Assembly (NCBI GenBank): GCA_022566215.1
Contig: JADFJJ010000002.1
Location: 19,372 to 83,371, forward strand
Reading direction: 5' to 3'
DNA from: Pseudomonadota bacterium
Lineage (GTDB): Bacteria > Pseudomonadota > Alphaproteobacteria > Sphingomonadales > SMXR01
DNA: 64,000 bases
The notes under the pieces are model-generated. The model searched no databases and was not told the origin of the DNA. It worked only from the letters and a program-made list of their open reading frames with translations. Position numbers and translations under genes: made by a program. The first letter of the stretch is position 1. The number at the start of each line of letters is the position of its first letter. Below, piece after piece: positions 1 to 11,069 of this stretch.

Positions 1-41
1 AATTTTCTCCCGGTTTTGCATTGGCAAGTAAATTGACGCGA

Positions 42-57
42 TGTTTCACGTGAAACA
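42..57. promoter_or_regulatory. parS: parS centromere-like ParB-binding site (perfect TGTTTCACGTGAAACA palindrome) upstream of mnmG
   Basis: Exact 16-bp palindrome TGTTTCACGTGAAACA read at 42-57. It matches the canonical parS consensus TGTTNCACGTGAAACA, and parAB lies 2.6 kb downstream. Confidence 0.85.
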
Positions 58-107
58 TTACCCACCCATTTACCGGATCGGTCTTTTTCTGGTATTTTCA
101 GAAAATT

Positions 108-2003
108 ATGGTACATAACGGCGCCATGAAGGACACGTTTGACATTATTGTAATTGGCGGCGGCCATGCCGGGGTAGAAGCCGCGGCTGCCGCGTCGCGT
201 ATTGGCGCCGATGTGGCGCTGGTGACCCACAAGATTGAAACAATCGGGGAAATGTCCTGCAATCCAGCCATTGGCGGGCTTGGCAAGGGACACCTGGTGC
301 GCGAGATTGATGCTCTGGATGGCCTGATGGGCCGGGCAGTGGACACTTCCGGCATCCAGTTTCGCATCCTCAACCGCCGCAAGGGCCCGGCGGTGCGCGG
401 GCCGCGGGCCCAGGCCGACCGCGCTTTGTACAAGGCTGCTATCCAGGAGCTGGTTTTCAACACTCCCAACCTCAAAGTGATCGCCGGGGCGGTGGAAGAT
501 CTTATTATTGCTGGAAAAGAGGGCGTCACAGGCATAATTCTGGCTGATGGGAGTGAAATTGCGGCAAAAAAGGTAATTTTGACCACCGGAACGTTCCTGC
601 GCGGCCTGATTCACATCGGGGAGACCAAAATCCCGGCTGGCCGGGTCGGGGATAAGCCTGCCCTGGGCCTCTCGAAAACACTTGAGCGCGCCGGATTTAC
701 CCTGGGGCGCATGAAAACCGGGACCCCGCCGCGCCTGAGCGCCAAAACAATCGATTTTTCATCCCTGGCGGAGCAGCCGGGGGATAAGCCGCCGGTACCG
801 TTTTCGTTTATGACGGAAAAAATCACCGTTCCGCAGGTGCCGTGCTTTATTACCGGCACGACCAAGAAAACCCACGCTGTAATCAGGGCCAACCTGGCGC
901 GCTCGCCGATGTACTCAGGCCAGATCACCAGCCGGGGGCCGCGGTATTGTCCTTCAATCGAAGACAAAGTGGTTCGTTTTGCTGAAAAAGAAAGCCACCA
1001 GATCTTTCTCGAGCCCGAAGGGCTGGTCGACGACACCATCTATCCCAATGGTATTTCCACCTCGCTGCCGGAGGAGGTTCAGGCCCTTATGGTGCACTCC
1101 ATTCCGGGCCTTGAGAAAGCAGAGATTCTGCGACCAGGCTATGCCATTGAATACGATCACGTTGATGCCAGGGAATTGCTTAACACGCTGGAAACCCGCA
1201 AAATACCTGGGCTTTTCCTTGCCGGCCAGATTAATGGGACGACCGGATACGAAGAAGCGGCAGCACAGGGATTGTGGGCCGGGGCCAATGCCGCGCTCAG
1301 TCTTAAGGGGGATGGAAAAGCACAGTTTCACCTGGATCGGGCCGACGCCTACCTGGGCGTCATGGTCGATGATCTGGTCACCCACGGTGTGACCGAACCG
1401 TACCGCATGTTTACCAGCCGGGCGGAATACCGGCTGCATCTCAGGGCTGACAATGCCGACCGCCGTCTGACTGAAAAGGGGAGGGTCTTGGGGCTGGTCG
1501 GGACAAAAAGATGGGAGCATTTCATTTCTTATAAGGAAGAACTGGATGCCGCGTACGAAAAACTGGCCAAATTGACCGTGACCCCGAACGCGGCCGGAGA
1601 TCATGGCCTGAAAATCACCCGGGACGGAGTGCGCCGTTCCGCGCTCGACCTGTTGGCTTATAATTCGATCACCTTTGAAGACCTGAAAAGGCTCTGGGGG
1701 GAGGAATTGGCGGGAATTTCACCCAAAGTTCAGGAGCAGCTGGAAATTGATGCACATTACAGTGCTTACATGGAGCGCCAGCGCGCCGATATTGAGGCGT
1801 TCCGGAAGGACGAGAGCCTGATTGTTCCCCAAAATCTGACTTTTTCAGAGATTCCGGGGCTTTCCACCGAGCAGGTGGAGCGTTTTGAGCGCGCCCGGCC
1901 GGAAACTCTGGGGGCCGCGGCCCGGATTGCCGGGACCACGCCCGCGGCGCTGACCGCCTTGCTCGGTTATGTTAAAAAAACGGACCTCCGCAAGACTGCC
2001 TGA
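108..2003 (+). CDS. mnmG: tRNA uridine-5-carboxymethylaminomethyl modification enzyme MnmG (GidA)
   Basis: 631-aa ORF with N-terminal FAD motif [15 protein letters not shown]. Full-length GidA-like sequence in gidA-gidB-parA-parB synteny. An alternative start is ATG 126. Confidence 0.96.
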   Translation: MVHNGAMKDTFDIIVIGGGHAGVEAAAAASRIGADVALVTHKIETIGEMSCNPAIGGLGKGHLVREIDALDGLMGRAVDTSGIQFRILNRRKGPAVRGPRAQADRALYKAAIQELVFNTPNLKVIAGAVEDLIIAGKEGVTGIILADGSEIAAKKVILTTGTFLRGLIHIGETKIPAGRVGDKPALGLSKTLERAGFTLGRMKTGTPPRLSAKTIDFSSLAEQPGDKPPVPFSFMTEKITVPQVPCFITGTTKKTHAVIRANLARSPMYSGQITSRGPRYCPSIEDKVVRFAEKESHQIFLEPEGLVDDTIYPNGISTSLPEEVQALMVHSIPGLEKAEILRPGYAIEYDHVDARELLNTLETRKIPGLFLAGQINGTTGYEEAAAQGLWAGANAALSLKGDGKAQFHLDRADAYLGVMVDDLVTHGVTEPYRMFTSRAEYRLHLRADNADRRLTEKGRVLGLVGTKRWEHFISYKEELDAAYEKLAKLTVTPNAAGDHGLKITRDGVRRSALDLLAYNSITFEDLKRLWGEELAGISPKVQEQLEIDAHYSAYMERQRADIEAFRKDESLIVPQNLTFSEIPGLSTEQVERFERARPETLGAAARIAGTTPAALTALLGYVKKTDLRKTA

Positions 2004-2650
2004 TGTTTGGTCCCGAAGATTTTCAAAAAGCGGCCAATGTTTCACGTGAAACATTGGAAAAATTCAAAATCTATGCGGCTCTTCTTTCCAAATGGCAGAA
2101 CAAAATCAATCTGATCGGCCCGGCCACCAGGGAAGATGTTTGGCAGCGGCATTTTCTGGATTCAGCCCAGCTGCTGCCTCTTGTGCAGAAGGCCAAACCG
2201 GCTAAAGGGCCTTTGACCTGGATGGATATTGGCAGTGGCGCCGGTTTTCCCGGGCTGGTTTTGGCGCTGTTGGGTGAGAAAGTTGTTCTGGTTGAACCAA
2301 GCGCCAAGCGCGCGGCCTTTTTGCGCCAGGTAATCCGGGAAACCGGTGTAAATGCCGAGATAATACAGGAAAAAATCGAGGAAATCCGCCCCTTTCCGGT
2401 CGATATCGTGACCGCGAGGGCGCTTGCGAATATCGGCCAGCTGTTGGCCTGGGGGACACCGTTTCTAAAGGCAGGGGGAGAATTCTGGCTTCTCAAGGGG
2501 GCGCGGGCAGAAGAGGAGTTGACCTCGGCCCGGAAAAACTGGATTATGTCAGAAGAATTATTTCCAAGCCGGACCGGGCCAGCAGGCACAGTGGTCAGGC
2601 TGACGGAAATTGGCATGGCAGGACCTGCCCGTAAGGGCAAAGAGGAATAA
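2003..2650 (+). CDS. rsmG: 16S rRNA (guanine527-N7)-methyltransferase RsmG (GidB)
   Basis: 215 aa with SAM-binding motif DIGSGAGFPG. TGATG stop/start overlap with mnmG. Conserved NVSRET segment encoded across a parS site. Confidence 0.93.
   Translation: MFGPEDFQKAANVSRETLEKFKIYAALLSKWQNKINLIGPATREDVWQRHFLDSAQLLPLVQKAKPAKGPLTWMDIGSGAGFPGLVLALLGEKVVLVEPSAKRAAFLRQVIRETGVNAEIIQEKIEEIRPFPVDIVTARALANIGQLLAWGTPFLKAGGEFWLLKGARAEEELTSARKNWIMSEELFPSRTGPAGTVVRLTEIGMAGPARKGKEE
2038..2053. promoter_or_regulatory. parS: parS site inside the 5' end of rsmG (perfect TGTTTCACGTGAAACA)
   Basis: Second exact copy of the 16-bp palindrome, at 2038-2053. It encodes the NVSRET peptide of RsmG. Confidence 0.85.
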
Positions 2651-2671
2651 ATTGAAGGGTTAAGGAGAAAT

Positions 2672-3460
2672 GTGACGATGCCATGCAAAGTCATAGCTAT
2701 AGCCAACCAAAAAGGGGGCGTTGGCAAAACCACAACCACCATCAACCTTGCCACCGCCATCGCTGCGGTCGGGAAGAGGATCATGGTAATTGATCTTGAC
2801 CCCCAGGGGAATGCCAGCACCGGCTTTGGGATCGAGCAGGAAGACCGGAATCCCACCATATATGAGGTGATTTTAGGGACAGCGGCCCTGGATAAGGCGA
2901 TCCTGGGCACCGGCATCCCCGGTTTGGATATCGTTTCAGCGACCATCGACCTGTCTGGCGCTGAAGTGGAGCTGATTGACTTCGAAGACCGGACTTTTCA
3001 GCTCCGAAAGGCCATTTCAAAGTCGAAAGTTCTGCAAGAATATGATTTTATTATTATCGACTGCCCGCCGTCGCTGTCGCTCCTGACCCTGAACGCCCTG
3101 GTCGCCGCAACCTCCGTCCTGGTGCCGCTGCAGTGCGAGTTTTTTGCCCTTGAGGGGTTGAGTCTTCTGCTGAAAACCATCGAGCGGGTAAAGGTCAACT
3201 TCAACCCGGGGCTGGAAATCCACGGGATCGTACTGACCATGTTCGATACCCGCAACAACCTCTCCAGCCAGGTTGCGGATGATGTCAGGAATTACTTGGG
3301 GTCCAAAGTGTTCGATACCATGATCCCGAGAAACGTGCGTATGTCGGAGGCCCCAAGCCATGGGAAACCCTCGCTTTTATACGATTTTAACTGTGCCGGC
3401 AGCCAAGCCTATATCAAACTGGCCTCGGAATTGCTGAAGAAAAGTAAATCCGCTGCGTAA
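2672..3460 (+). CDS. parA: chromosome partitioning ATPase ParA
   Basis: 262 aa with deviant Walker A IANQKGGVGKTTTT. GTG start lies 5 nt after AAGGAG. Directly upstream of parB. Confidence 0.95.
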   Translation: MTMPCKVIAIANQKGGVGKTTTTINLATAIAAVGKRIMVIDLDPQGNASTGFGIEQEDRNPTIYEVILGTAALDKAILGTGIPGLDIVSATIDLSGAEVELIDFEDRTFQLRKAISKSKVLQEYDFIIIDCPPSLSLLTLNALVAATSVLVPLQCEFFALEGLSLLLKTIERVKVNFNPGLEIHGIVLTMFDTRNNLSSQVADDVRNYLGSKVFDTMIPRNVRMSEAPSHGKPSLLYDFNCAGSQAYIKLASELLKKSKSAA

Positions 3461-3496
3461 ATCCATTTTTAACTAAGTTATGTCAAAAAAAGGACT

Positions 3497-4423
3497 ATGA
3501 GAAACATGGCGGCCAAGCGAAGAGGACTGGGAAAAGGGCTTTCGGCGCTTTTGGGCGACAAGCCCAGAAAGCCGGTGACTGCTACCGCCTATCCCGACCT
3601 GGGAGAAAAGAAAAAGCCTTTCCAGAAAACGCAAACCCCCAGACCCCAGAGCCAAATGTTGCCGATTGAATTTTTGAATCCAACACCGTTACAGCCGCGC
3701 CGGATTTTTCGCGAAGCCCAACTGAAAGAATTGGCGAATTCGATCAGGGAAAGCGGATTGCTGCAGCCAATTCTGGTGCGGCCTGGACAAATGAAGGATT
3801 CATACGAAATTGTCGCCGGGGAGCGGCGCTGGCGCGCGGCGCAAAAAGCAGGTCTTCATGAAGTTCCTGTGGTTGTGAGAGATCTGGACAATCAGGATGT
3901 CCTGCAAATCTCTATTATTGAAAATGTCCAGCGCGAAGACCTGACGCCGGTCGAGGAGGCGCAAGGCTACAGCCGCCTGATCAACGATTTTGGTCACAAA
4001 CAGGAAGAAGTGGCCAAGCTGGTAGGCAAAAGCCGCAGCCATATCGCCAACCTGGTTCGTCTTCTTACCTTGCCCAAAGATGTCATCAGGCTGCTGGACG
4101 AGAGGAAACTGACCATGGGCCATGCCCGGGCGCTGATCGGCTCGGACGACCCCTCGGCGCTGGCTAAAAGGATTTTGCGGGAAGCCCTGAATGTCCGTGA
4201 TATCGAAGTCCTTGCCGGATTAAAAAAACGCACCGCGAAGTCGGGCAAAAAATCAGCCGCTGTTAAGGATGCCGATACCCGGGCGCTGGAAAAATCGTTA
4301 AGCCAAAGCCTGGGGCTGAAGGTGGATATCCAGCACAAAGGGAAGGGCGGCAAATTGGTCATTCACTACCAGGACCTGGATCAGCTGGAGGCCGTTTGCA
4401 AGCTCCTGAAGAAATCCAGATAA
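3497..4423 (+). CDS. parB: chromosome partitioning protein ParB (parS-binding CTPase)
   Basis: 308 aa with N-terminal RGLGKGLSALL, the ParB box IVAGERRWRAA and an HTH region. An alternative start is ATG 3506. Confidence 0.95.
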   Translation: MRNMAAKRRGLGKGLSALLGDKPRKPVTATAYPDLGEKKKPFQKTQTPRPQSQMLPIEFLNPTPLQPRRIFREAQLKELANSIRESGLLQPILVRPGQMKDSYEIVAGERRWRAAQKAGLHEVPVVVRDLDNQDVLQISIIENVQREDLTPVEEAQGYSRLINDFGHKQEEVAKLVGKSRSHIANLVRLLTLPKDVIRLLDERKLTMGHARALIGSDDPSALAKRILREALNVRDIEVLAGLKKRTAKSGKKSAAVKDADTRALEKSLSQSLGLKVDIQHKGKGGKLVIHYQDLDQLEAVCKLLKKSR

Positions 4424-4440
4424 TCACTAACTCATTGATT

Positions 4441-5487
4441 TTATTGTCTTTTTCCTGATGCCCGGCTGATGTCGAGACACGTCTTGGAGGCGATCGTAAA
4501 ATCAGGACTACCGGTTTTCTTGCACGCGGCTTCAGCCTGGACGGCATAATCCAGTGCCGACAACAGCCGTTTTTCCGGCCACGCCCTCAGGTGTGAAACA
4601 AAATTTATGCGCTCTTTAAAAAACAGCGGCGGGCGCAAATATTTCAGGGCTTCATCCAGGGGCTTCCCTTCGTCCATCAACCCGCGCACCAGATGCAATT
4701 GCATCAGGCGTCCCTGGACGCTGCGCAAAATTTCAATCGAGCCGATCCCCTCAATCGCCGCTTTATCAAGAAGCCCGGCCAGACGGGTCTGATTGTGGCC
4801 GGTGGTGGCGCTGGCAATATCGCCAAGCGTCAGGGTCGAAGCATCACTGGTCAAAGCCCGGGTTTCTTCCAGGGTCAGTGTCTTGGGCGGACCCTTATCC
4901 CCCTCCCTAGCATTGAGATAGAAAGAAATTTTCTCCAACTCGGCCCGGGTTACCAGCCGGTCGTTGCCCAGCTGTTGGGTAAGATAAGCCACAACCTCGC
5001 GCCCGGCTTCGATATTATAGCGGCGAAAATAGGAGGTAATCATCGAAGACAGGTTTTCAGCACTGTCCGAATAACAGGCGATGGACAGGATGCCCGTTTC
5101 TTTCTCAAACAAGATTCTCAGCGTGGATCTGGGGGCCAAATCGCCGGCAGTGACCAGCAACAGGGAATTACCGGTCTTCATCGTAAGGGCATTTATGATT
5201 GCCCCGGTCTCTTTGTCGCCGGCATTATCCAGGCGCACCAGGCGCCGCCCCCCGGTCATGGAAAGCGCCCCCATTTCGTCGGCAATCCGGGCCGGATCCT
5301 CCCGGGTTTGTTCGGGGGACAGGAGACAGAGACAAAAAGGATCTGCGGGTTCGGGCAGGATTTGCCTGGCGATAATGTCGCGCCTTTCCCGGATCAGACC
5401 GTCGTCCTTGCCGAAAATTAAAACTGCCCGAAGGCTGGGGTCCAGCTTTTCCAGGTATGAATTAATATCTCTCGGGCTGGCTTTCAC
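4441..5487 (-). CDS. holA: DNA polymerase III delta subunit HolA
   Basis: 348-aa ORF in the conserved leuS-lptE-holA arrangement. Size and overall sequence look delta-subunit-like. Confidence 0.8.
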   Translation of the reverse strand: MKASPRDINSYLEKLDPSLRAVLIFGKDDGLIRERRDIIARQILPEPADPFCLCLLSPEQTREDPARIADEMGALSMTGGRRLVRLDNAGDKETGAIINALTMKTGNSLLLVTAGDLAPRSTLRILFEKETGILSIACYSDSAENLSSMITSYFRRYNIEAGREVVAYLTQQLGNDRLVTRAELEKISFYLNAREGDKGPPKTLTLEETRALTSDASTLTLGDIASATTGHNQTRLAGLLDKAAIEGIGSIEILRSVQGRLMQLHLVRGLMDEGKPLDEALKYLRPPLFFKERINFVSHLRAWPEKRLLSALDYAVQAEAACKKTGSPDFTIASKTCLDISRASGKRQ

Positions 5488-5507
5488 TTACTTCACCCTT
5501 TGGTTCT

Positions 5508-6014
5508 TTAGGGCCTGGATTTGAAAAACATTCCCAGGTTCGCGGTGATCAACTCAGAAACCTGCAGGGCGGTACGGGTCTCGGCATCGGTTTGAGCGCT
5601 GAAATTGGCGAAATCCGATTGTACCACATCATAGGTATGGACCGAACGCACCAGGTCTTCCAGCACCACATCCCCGGTTTTCCGGTCGGTCAGTCGGAAA
5701 GTGGCTTCCAGCGTCAGGCTTTCGCGGGTGATTGATTCATCCGACCGGAACCCAAATCCTTCCGTGAGCTGGACCAGCTGGATGTGAAGAACATAGTCCG
5801 GTGCAGACGGCTGGCCATAAGGATTTATCCTGTCCAGCAGGTGGTTGCGAACCACCTGGCCGATGCGGTCCGGGATCGGGGCGATTTCAATGCCGGCAAA
5901 AGTTTCCTGTAACGCCGGATTGGCGCTGGTTTCGCCATACATAGGCTTGAACCCGCAACCGGAGAGCAAAAAGAGGACAAGTATCAGCCCCGGAAATGTC
6001 AGAAAACGGGTCAT
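5508..6014 (-). CDS. lptE: LPS-assembly lipoprotein LptE
   Basis: 168 aa with signal peptide and lipobox LLSGC. Its start overlaps the leuS stop by 4 nt. The position between leuS and holA is conserved. Confidence 0.8.
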   Translation of the reverse strand: MTRFLTFPGLILVLFLLSGCGFKPMYGETSANPALQETFAGIEIAPIPDRIGQVVRNHLLDRINPYGQPSAPDYVLHIQLVQLTEGFGFRSDESITRESLTLEATFRLTDRKTGDVVLEDLVRSVHTYDVVQSDFANFSAQTDAETRTALQVSELITANLGMFFKSRP

Positions 6015-8575
6015 TCTATAACGATATTGACGATTTTATCGGGAACGACAATGACTTTTTTAATATCCTTGCCGTTTATCGCCCGCTGGACCTTGTCCGA
6101 CTGAAGCGCCATTTTCTCCAGCTCGGCCTGGTCCGTCCCGGGAGCTGTTTCCAGGGTGTCGCGAAGTTTTCCCATGACCTGAACGGCAATGGTGATTGTC
6201 TCAACGGCCAGATAATGTTTATCCACCTCCGGCCAGGGCTCATTCGCCAACAGGGTTTTATGGCCCAGTTGTTGCCAGGCCTCTTCGGCCAGATGGGGCA
6301 TCATCGGCCCGATCATTTTAACCAATGTAAAAACACCTTCCCTAAATCCATGACTTCTTTGCAGGGTAGCCGGCGCCGCGGTAAGGCCATTAACAAATTC
6401 ATAAATCCTGGCCACCGCCTTGTTGAAATGAAAAATCTCAATATCCTTTGAAACGCCATCAATGGTTTTATGAGTTAGACGCAAAATATCCTCCTCAGCG
6501 CTCTCCAGCTTTTCACCGGCTTTGGCTGGCGCCCTGTCCAGGTTTTCCCTGACCCGGTTGACCAGCCGCCAGACCTTCCGGGTAAAGCGCCATGCCCCTT
6601 CAATCCCGGCTTCGGTCCACAAAAGGTCGCGTTCCGGCGGGCTGTCGGAAATCACAAACCAGCGCGCGGTGTCGGCCCCGTACTGGTCTATAATGTCGGA
6701 AGGGTCGACAACGTTATTTTTCGACTTGCTCATTTTCTCATAGCGGCCTTCTTTAACCTTTTTGCCGTTATCGGCGCGCACAAACGAGCCGTCTTCAAGC
6801 TGCTTCAGGTTGGCTGGTAAAACCCAGCTGCCGTCCTCGTCCCGGTAGGTTCTGTGGGTGACCATCCCTTGTGTAAAAAGACCGGTAAAAGGTTCATCAA
6901 CATCCAGAAGCCTGAGTTTTTTCAGGACCCTGGTGAAAAACCGGGCATAAAGAAGATGTAAAATCGCATGCTCAATGCCGCCGATGTACTGGTCAACCGG
7001 CAGCCAGTAATTGGCTTGGGTTTTGTCAACGGGAAGTTTTGCCGCAGGGGCTGTAAAACGTGCGAAATACCAGGCTGAATCGACAAAAGTATCGAGTGTG
7101 TCGGTCTCGCGCACCGCCTGTCCCTTACACTTTGGGCACGTTACGTGTTTCCAGGTGGGGTGATGGTCCAGCGGGTTGCCCGGTTTATCAAATTCAACGT
7201 CTTCGGGCAGCCGTATTGGCAGATCCTCCCGGGGAACCGGAACGCTGCCGCAGGACGGGCAATGAATGAAGGGAATGGGACAGCCCCAATAGCGCTGGCG
7301 CGAAACCCCCCAGTCACGAAGCCGATAGGTGATCTCGCGCTTGCCGGCGCCTTCTTTTTCAAGGAAAGCAATGATTTTTGAAACCGCCTCGTTATCCTTA
7401 AGACCATTAAGGAAACCGGAATTAATCATTGTCCCGGGCCCGGTATAAGCCTCATCACCAATTTCAAAGGTTTTTGCATCTTCGCCCTCAGGCAAGACCA
7501 CTGGCGGCACTGGCAAATTGTATTTGCGGGCGAATTCCAGATCGCGCTGGTCATGGCCGGGACAGCCGAAGATGGCTCCGGTGCCGTATTCCATCAAAAC
7601 GAAATTGGCGACATAGACCGGAAGCTCCCGCCCGTCCCCGACCGGGGACAAGGCCTTCAAATTGGTATCAAACCCAATTTTTTCAGCCTTTTCGATCGCC
7701 TCGGCGCTGGTCCCTAACTTGCGGCATTCCTTAAGGAAGGCGGCCAGGTCCGGGTTCTCCCTGGCCAGTTGTTCGCTCAGCGGGTGATCGGCGGACAAGG
7801 CGCAAAAGGAGGCTCCGAACAGGGTATCCGGGCGGGTGGTAAAAATTTCCAAATGGTCATCCCGTCCCTTTAGAGAAAAATTAACCCGCGCCCCCTCCGA
7901 ACGGCCGATCCAGTTTTCTTGCATCAGGCGGACTTTTGCCGGCCAGCGGTCCAGCTTGTCCAGGCCGTTCAACAGCTGTTCGGAAAAATCCGTGATTTTG
8001 AAGAACCAATGGGCCAACTTGCGCCTTTCAACCGGGACGCCTGAGCGCCAGCCGCAGCCGTTGATGACCTGTTCGTTTGCCAAAACCGTATGCTCCACCG
8101 GATCCCAGTTGACCCAGGCTTCTTTTTTATAGGCCAGGCCGGCCTCAAAGAAATCCAGGAACAAAGCCTGTTGCTGGCCGTAGTATTCTGGATCGCAGGT
8201 GGCAAATTCCCGCGACCAGTCGAAGGCAAACCCCATCCTTTTGAGCTGGCCGCGCATAACAGAGATATTTTCATGGGTCCATTTGGCCGGATGGACCTTG
8301 TTCTTGAAGGCGGCGTTTTCCGCTGGCAGGCCAAAGGCATCCCAGCCCATCGGATGCAGGACATTGAAGCCTTTGGCCCTTTTATAGCGGGCCACCACAT
8401 CGCCAAGAGTATAATTTCTGACGTGGCCCATGTGGATTCGTCCACTGGGGTAGGGGAACATCTCAAGGACGTAATACTTAGGGCCTTTTTGGTCCGGGCG
8501 GGCTTCAAAAACCCTGCCCTCGGCCCAAATTTTTTGCCACTTTTCCTCTACGGTCTTTGCATTGTAGCGGGCCAT
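6011..8575 (-). CDS. leuS: leucine--tRNA ligase
   Basis: 854 aa with class I motifs [15 protein letters not shown] (HIGH) and EKMSKSKNN (KMSKS). SD AAAGGAGG lies upstream. Confidence 0.98.
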   Translation of the reverse strand: MARYNAKTVEEKWQKIWAEGRVFEARPDQKGPKYYVLEMFPYPSGRIHMGHVRNYTLGDVVARYKRAKGFNVLHPMGWDAFGLPAENAAFKNKVHPAKWTHENISVMRGQLKRMGFAFDWSREFATCDPEYYGQQQALFLDFFEAGLAYKKEAWVNWDPVEHTVLANEQVINGCGWRSGVPVERRKLAHWFFKITDFSEQLLNGLDKLDRWPAKVRLMQENWIGRSEGARVNFSLKGRDDHLEIFTTRPDTLFGASFCALSADHPLSEQLARENPDLAAFLKECRKLGTSAEAIEKAEKIGFDTNLKALSPVGDGRELPVYVANFVLMEYGTGAIFGCPGHDQRDLEFARKYNLPVPPVVLPEGEDAKTFEIGDEAYTGPGTMINSGFLNGLKDNEAVSKIIAFLEKEGAGKREITYRLRDWGVSRQRYWGCPIPFIHCPSCGSVPVPREDLPIRLPEDVEFDKPGNPLDHHPTWKHVTCPKCKGQAVRETDTLDTFVDSAWYFARFTAPAAKLPVDKTQANYWLPVDQYIGGIEHAILHLLYARFFTRVLKKLRLLDVDEPFTGLFTQGMVTHRTYRDEDGSWVLPANLKQLEDGSFVRADNGKKVKEGRYEKMSKSKNNVVDPSDIIDQYGADTARWFVISDSPPERDLLWTEAGIEGAWRFTRKVWRLVNRVRENLDRAPAKAGEKLESAEEDILRLTHKTIDGVSKDIEIFHFNKAVARIYEFVNGLTAAPATLQRSHGFREGVFTLVKMIGPMMPHLAEEAWQQLGHKTLLANEPWPEVDKHYLAVETITIAVQVMGKLRDTLETAPGTDQAELEKMALQSDKVQRAINGKDIKKVIVVPDKIVNIVIE

Positions 8576-8631
8576 TGGCTCTGGTCCTCCTTTATCATCC
8601 TTCTTAATTTATCCTCCGGCTCTGTTCAAAC

Positions 8632-8655
8632 AAAAAGGCCGGCGGAACCGGCCCC
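8632..8655 (-). terminator. Rho-independent terminator after the DUF3576 lipoprotein gene
   Basis: The minus-strand transcript reads GGCCGG-TTCCG-CCGGCC followed by TTTTT. This is a GC-rich 6-bp+ stem with a U-run, 26 nt after the stop. Confidence 0.6.
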
Positions 8656-8680
8656 TTATCTTTAAAGCGGCACTTTAAGG

Positions 8681-9145
8681 TCAATCGTCTATGTTTTGAA
8701 TCCAAAGTGTCCGCGCGCGGGTCAGGATTGTATCTTCGATTTTTTGCTCGGTTCCTTCCTGAACTGTGGCGCTGACCCATACCCCGCCCATTAATTCCTG
8801 ACGGATAACATTCACATTCAAGGCATCCGCACGAAGGCGGTAATCGGAGATAAAGACTGTAACTTTCAAACGCTCATGTGGAACAGCCGGATCGCTGAAC
8901 CAGTCTGTCATGATTACGCCCCCGGCCGGATCGGTTGACAACAGGGGCAGGGCCTCCAATGAATCAAGTGTAGAGCGCCAAAGATACCCGTTTACGCCAA
9001 TCGCCTGGGTCATATTTTCTTGTATCCTGATGCGCTCTGGCTTGTTCTTCTTGAAAATACCGCAGCCGGAGAGCAATAAAACCAGGGCAAGAGCGCCGAT
9101 GAAAGCCGTTTTTTTATTCATGTTCCTTGGTGTCCTTGTTTTCAC
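8681..9145 (-). CDS. DUF3576-type lipoprotein
   Basis: 154 aa with lipobox LLSGC. The segment GVNGYLWRSTLDSLEALPLLSTDPAGGVIMTDWF resembles the DUF3576 family seen next to leuS in alphaproteobacteria (from memory). Confidence 0.65.
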   Translation of the reverse strand: MKTRTPRNMNKKTAFIGALALVLLLSGCGIFKKNKPERIRIQENMTQAIGVNGYLWRSTLDSLEALPLLSTDPAGGVIMTDWFSDPAVPHERLKVTVFISDYRLRADALNVNVIRQELMGGVWVSATVQEGTEQKIEDTILTRARTLWIQNIDD

Positions 9146-9472
9146 CCGAGAGACTTAAGTGAGGCTGTTTGCTGCCTTTGCGAACTTTTATAGCCGCCAA
9201 AATTAAATCTGACCAGTCCCTTTCATGCTTTATGTTTCTGATCCTTGTGACCGAAAAGGCACAATTAAGAACTGGAATTGGTCAAATTTGCGTGATTTAC
9301 CCCCCATTTTGCCTTGCAAAAATGGGCCGTTTGCTAGTATTCATGGTAAACAGTGCTATTTTGTGGTAACAAAGTTGCAGGGATTCGCTTTTTTCTGTGG
9401 GGAAGGGAGAGACGGATCCGGTGGGCTTTGCACGTTAAATATAGAAAATTGTAAAGAAAAGCCTGAAAAAAA

Positions 9473-10393
9473 ATGGAAGCGCCCTTGAAATATATCGGTT
9501 TGGCAATTTTGGCGGCTTTTGTCGCTTCGCCGGCGAAGGCGGATGATTCCCCGCGCTTTTCTGCTGATGATTTTCTCAAAGAATGGACCGTCTTCCTGAA
9601 TGAGGAAGAGGAAAATTCCGCCAAAGATACAGGCCGGGTAAATCTCAATGCTCCGGAAACGGAAAAAGAAGGGAAAGAGGCGGACTTTATCTATTTTAAC
9701 ACCGAGGGCCTTTCTGTGACCGCCACCACCCCCTTAAGTTTACAAAACCAGAATGAAGCGACGGCACAGTTTACACCGAGAAAAACATCGCTCAGCACCA
9801 ATCTGGAAAATATTGTCCTGCCTAGCGAAAGCTGGCTGCTGAACTCTTTTACTCCGCGCTATGTGGGGACTGCCCTCAGTTTCAGCACCGCTTCTGATGG
9901 ATCAGATGGGGAGAACGATTCAAAATTTGATTTTTCACTTTCTTCGCAAGTCACCAGCCGGCAAACCAATATCTTCGGGGCGGTCAACAATGATTATGTC
10001 CTGGAGGCCCTGAACCGCCAGGTCTATGATGTCGGTGTTACGGTCGGGTATTCAGGGTTTAGCCTTGCCGCTAGTCTGCGCGGGGAGGAGGGCGCATACT
10101 TTAAGGGCATCGCCGGATATGACATTGGTTTTTCCTATAACCGTCCGACTTGGTCCACAAGTCTTCTGGTGGGGGAATACCGTCAGGGTAACAACCTGTT
10201 GCTAGGCCTGAGCAATGGACTATATGATGACCGGTTCTTTGCGGTGGAATTTGGCGCTGCTTACAAAATGGCTCCCTGGTTCCAGTTTGTCGGTTCGTTC
10301 CGCTATTACGAAGATGCTAATTTGATCCTGCTTGACCCGACCGCGATTTCCACAACCCGGATGTTCTATCTCGGCACCAAGCTGAACTTCTGA
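9473..10393 (+). CDS. outer-membrane beta-barrel (porin-like) protein
   Basis: 306 aa with signal peptide ending ASPAKA-DD. Alternating amphipathic strands, aromatic girdle residues and a C-terminal ...GTKLNF (terminal Phe), typical of OMPs. Confidence 0.55.
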   Translation: MEAPLKYIGLAILAAFVASPAKADDSPRFSADDFLKEWTVFLNEEEENSAKDTGRVNLNAPETEKEGKEADFIYFNTEGLSVTATTPLSLQNQNEATAQFTPRKTSLSTNLENIVLPSESWLLNSFTPRYVGTALSFSTASDGSDGENDSKFDFSLSSQVTSRQTNIFGAVNNDYVLEALNRQVYDVGVTVGYSGFSLAASLRGEEGAYFKGIAGYDIGFSYNRPTWSTSLLVGEYRQGNNLLLGLSNGLYDDRFFAVEFGAAYKMAPWFQFVGSFRYYEDANLILLDPTAISTTRMFYLGTKLNF

Positions 10394-10397
10394 CCGA

Positions 10398-10982
10398 TTA
10401 TTTCATAAAGAGTGAAATGCCGGCTATGCCGGCCATTTTTTTTAGTGGCGGCAAGCATTTAATGGTTTGGGCCGTTATCCCCCCCAGCACATAAAAGGGC
10501 AACAGAGAGGCGGCGGCCAGGCGCTGCAGACGGTGAATGCCAAGGCCTGAGCGCCCCTTGTGGCTTATCGTTTCAAAGGCTGGGGCAATCAGGGCGGCAT
10601 CCGCGCCAATCGCCACCGCCCGCCGCAAGGCACGGACGCCATGAGCAGAGACGGTTAATATTTGCCGGTCAGCCAGGCCGGTTGTTCCCGGATGGCGGAT
10701 CAGAGCCCACTCGGGAAGATGCAAGCCGTCGGCGCCAGCTTTTCGCGCCAGAACCGGATCCCCGGCAACCAGAAAAATGAGGCCCTTTTTTCTGCAAAGT
10801 TCGGCCAGGCTGAACGCTAGTTGCTCCCTGCCCGGGTGTTGATAGTCCCTGAAAATTACCCCGCAATCCTCCGGCAGGGTTTCGATCACTTCTGCCGGGT
10901 CTGGGCAGCGCTTTTCATCCGTCATAAAAAATGCCGCGGGCAAAGAGGGCAGACCAAGGGCATATGGGAAAGTATCTGACAT
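10398..10982 (-). CDS. thiamine-phosphate synthase (ThiE/TenI) family protein
   Basis: 194 aa. The segments LIFLVAGDPVLARKAGADGLHLP and YVLGGIT resemble the ThiE/TenI TIM-barrel family. Confidence 0.6.
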   Translation of the reverse strand: MSDTFPYALGLPSLPAAFFMTDEKRCPDPAEVIETLPEDCGVIFRDYQHPGREQLAFSLAELCRKKGLIFLVAGDPVLARKAGADGLHLPEWALIRHPGTTGLADRQILTVSAHGVRALRRAVAIGADAALIAPAFETISHKGRSGLGIHRLQRLAAASLLPFYVLGGITAQTIKCLPPLKKMAGIAGISLFMK

Positions 10983-11069
10983 AGCTCTTTTTTAAAAGAA
11001 ACGGGTTTCCAAAGAAACATACAAAACCTAAAACAACAAAAGAAAGTGCTAATCAACCTCGGAAACACC

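Noticed and set aside
1-2700. Possibility that the gidA-parAB region contains oriC (DnaA boxes)
   Set aside because: I found no cluster of TTATCCACA-like boxes or an AT-rich unwinding element here. In alphaproteobacteria oriC is usually elsewhere (hemE region). Only parS sites are supported.
2071-2946. 291-aa minus-strand ORF
   Set aside because: It is antisense to rsmG and parA, with a low-complexity Ala/Pro/Ser/Arg composition and no motifs. Shadow ORF.
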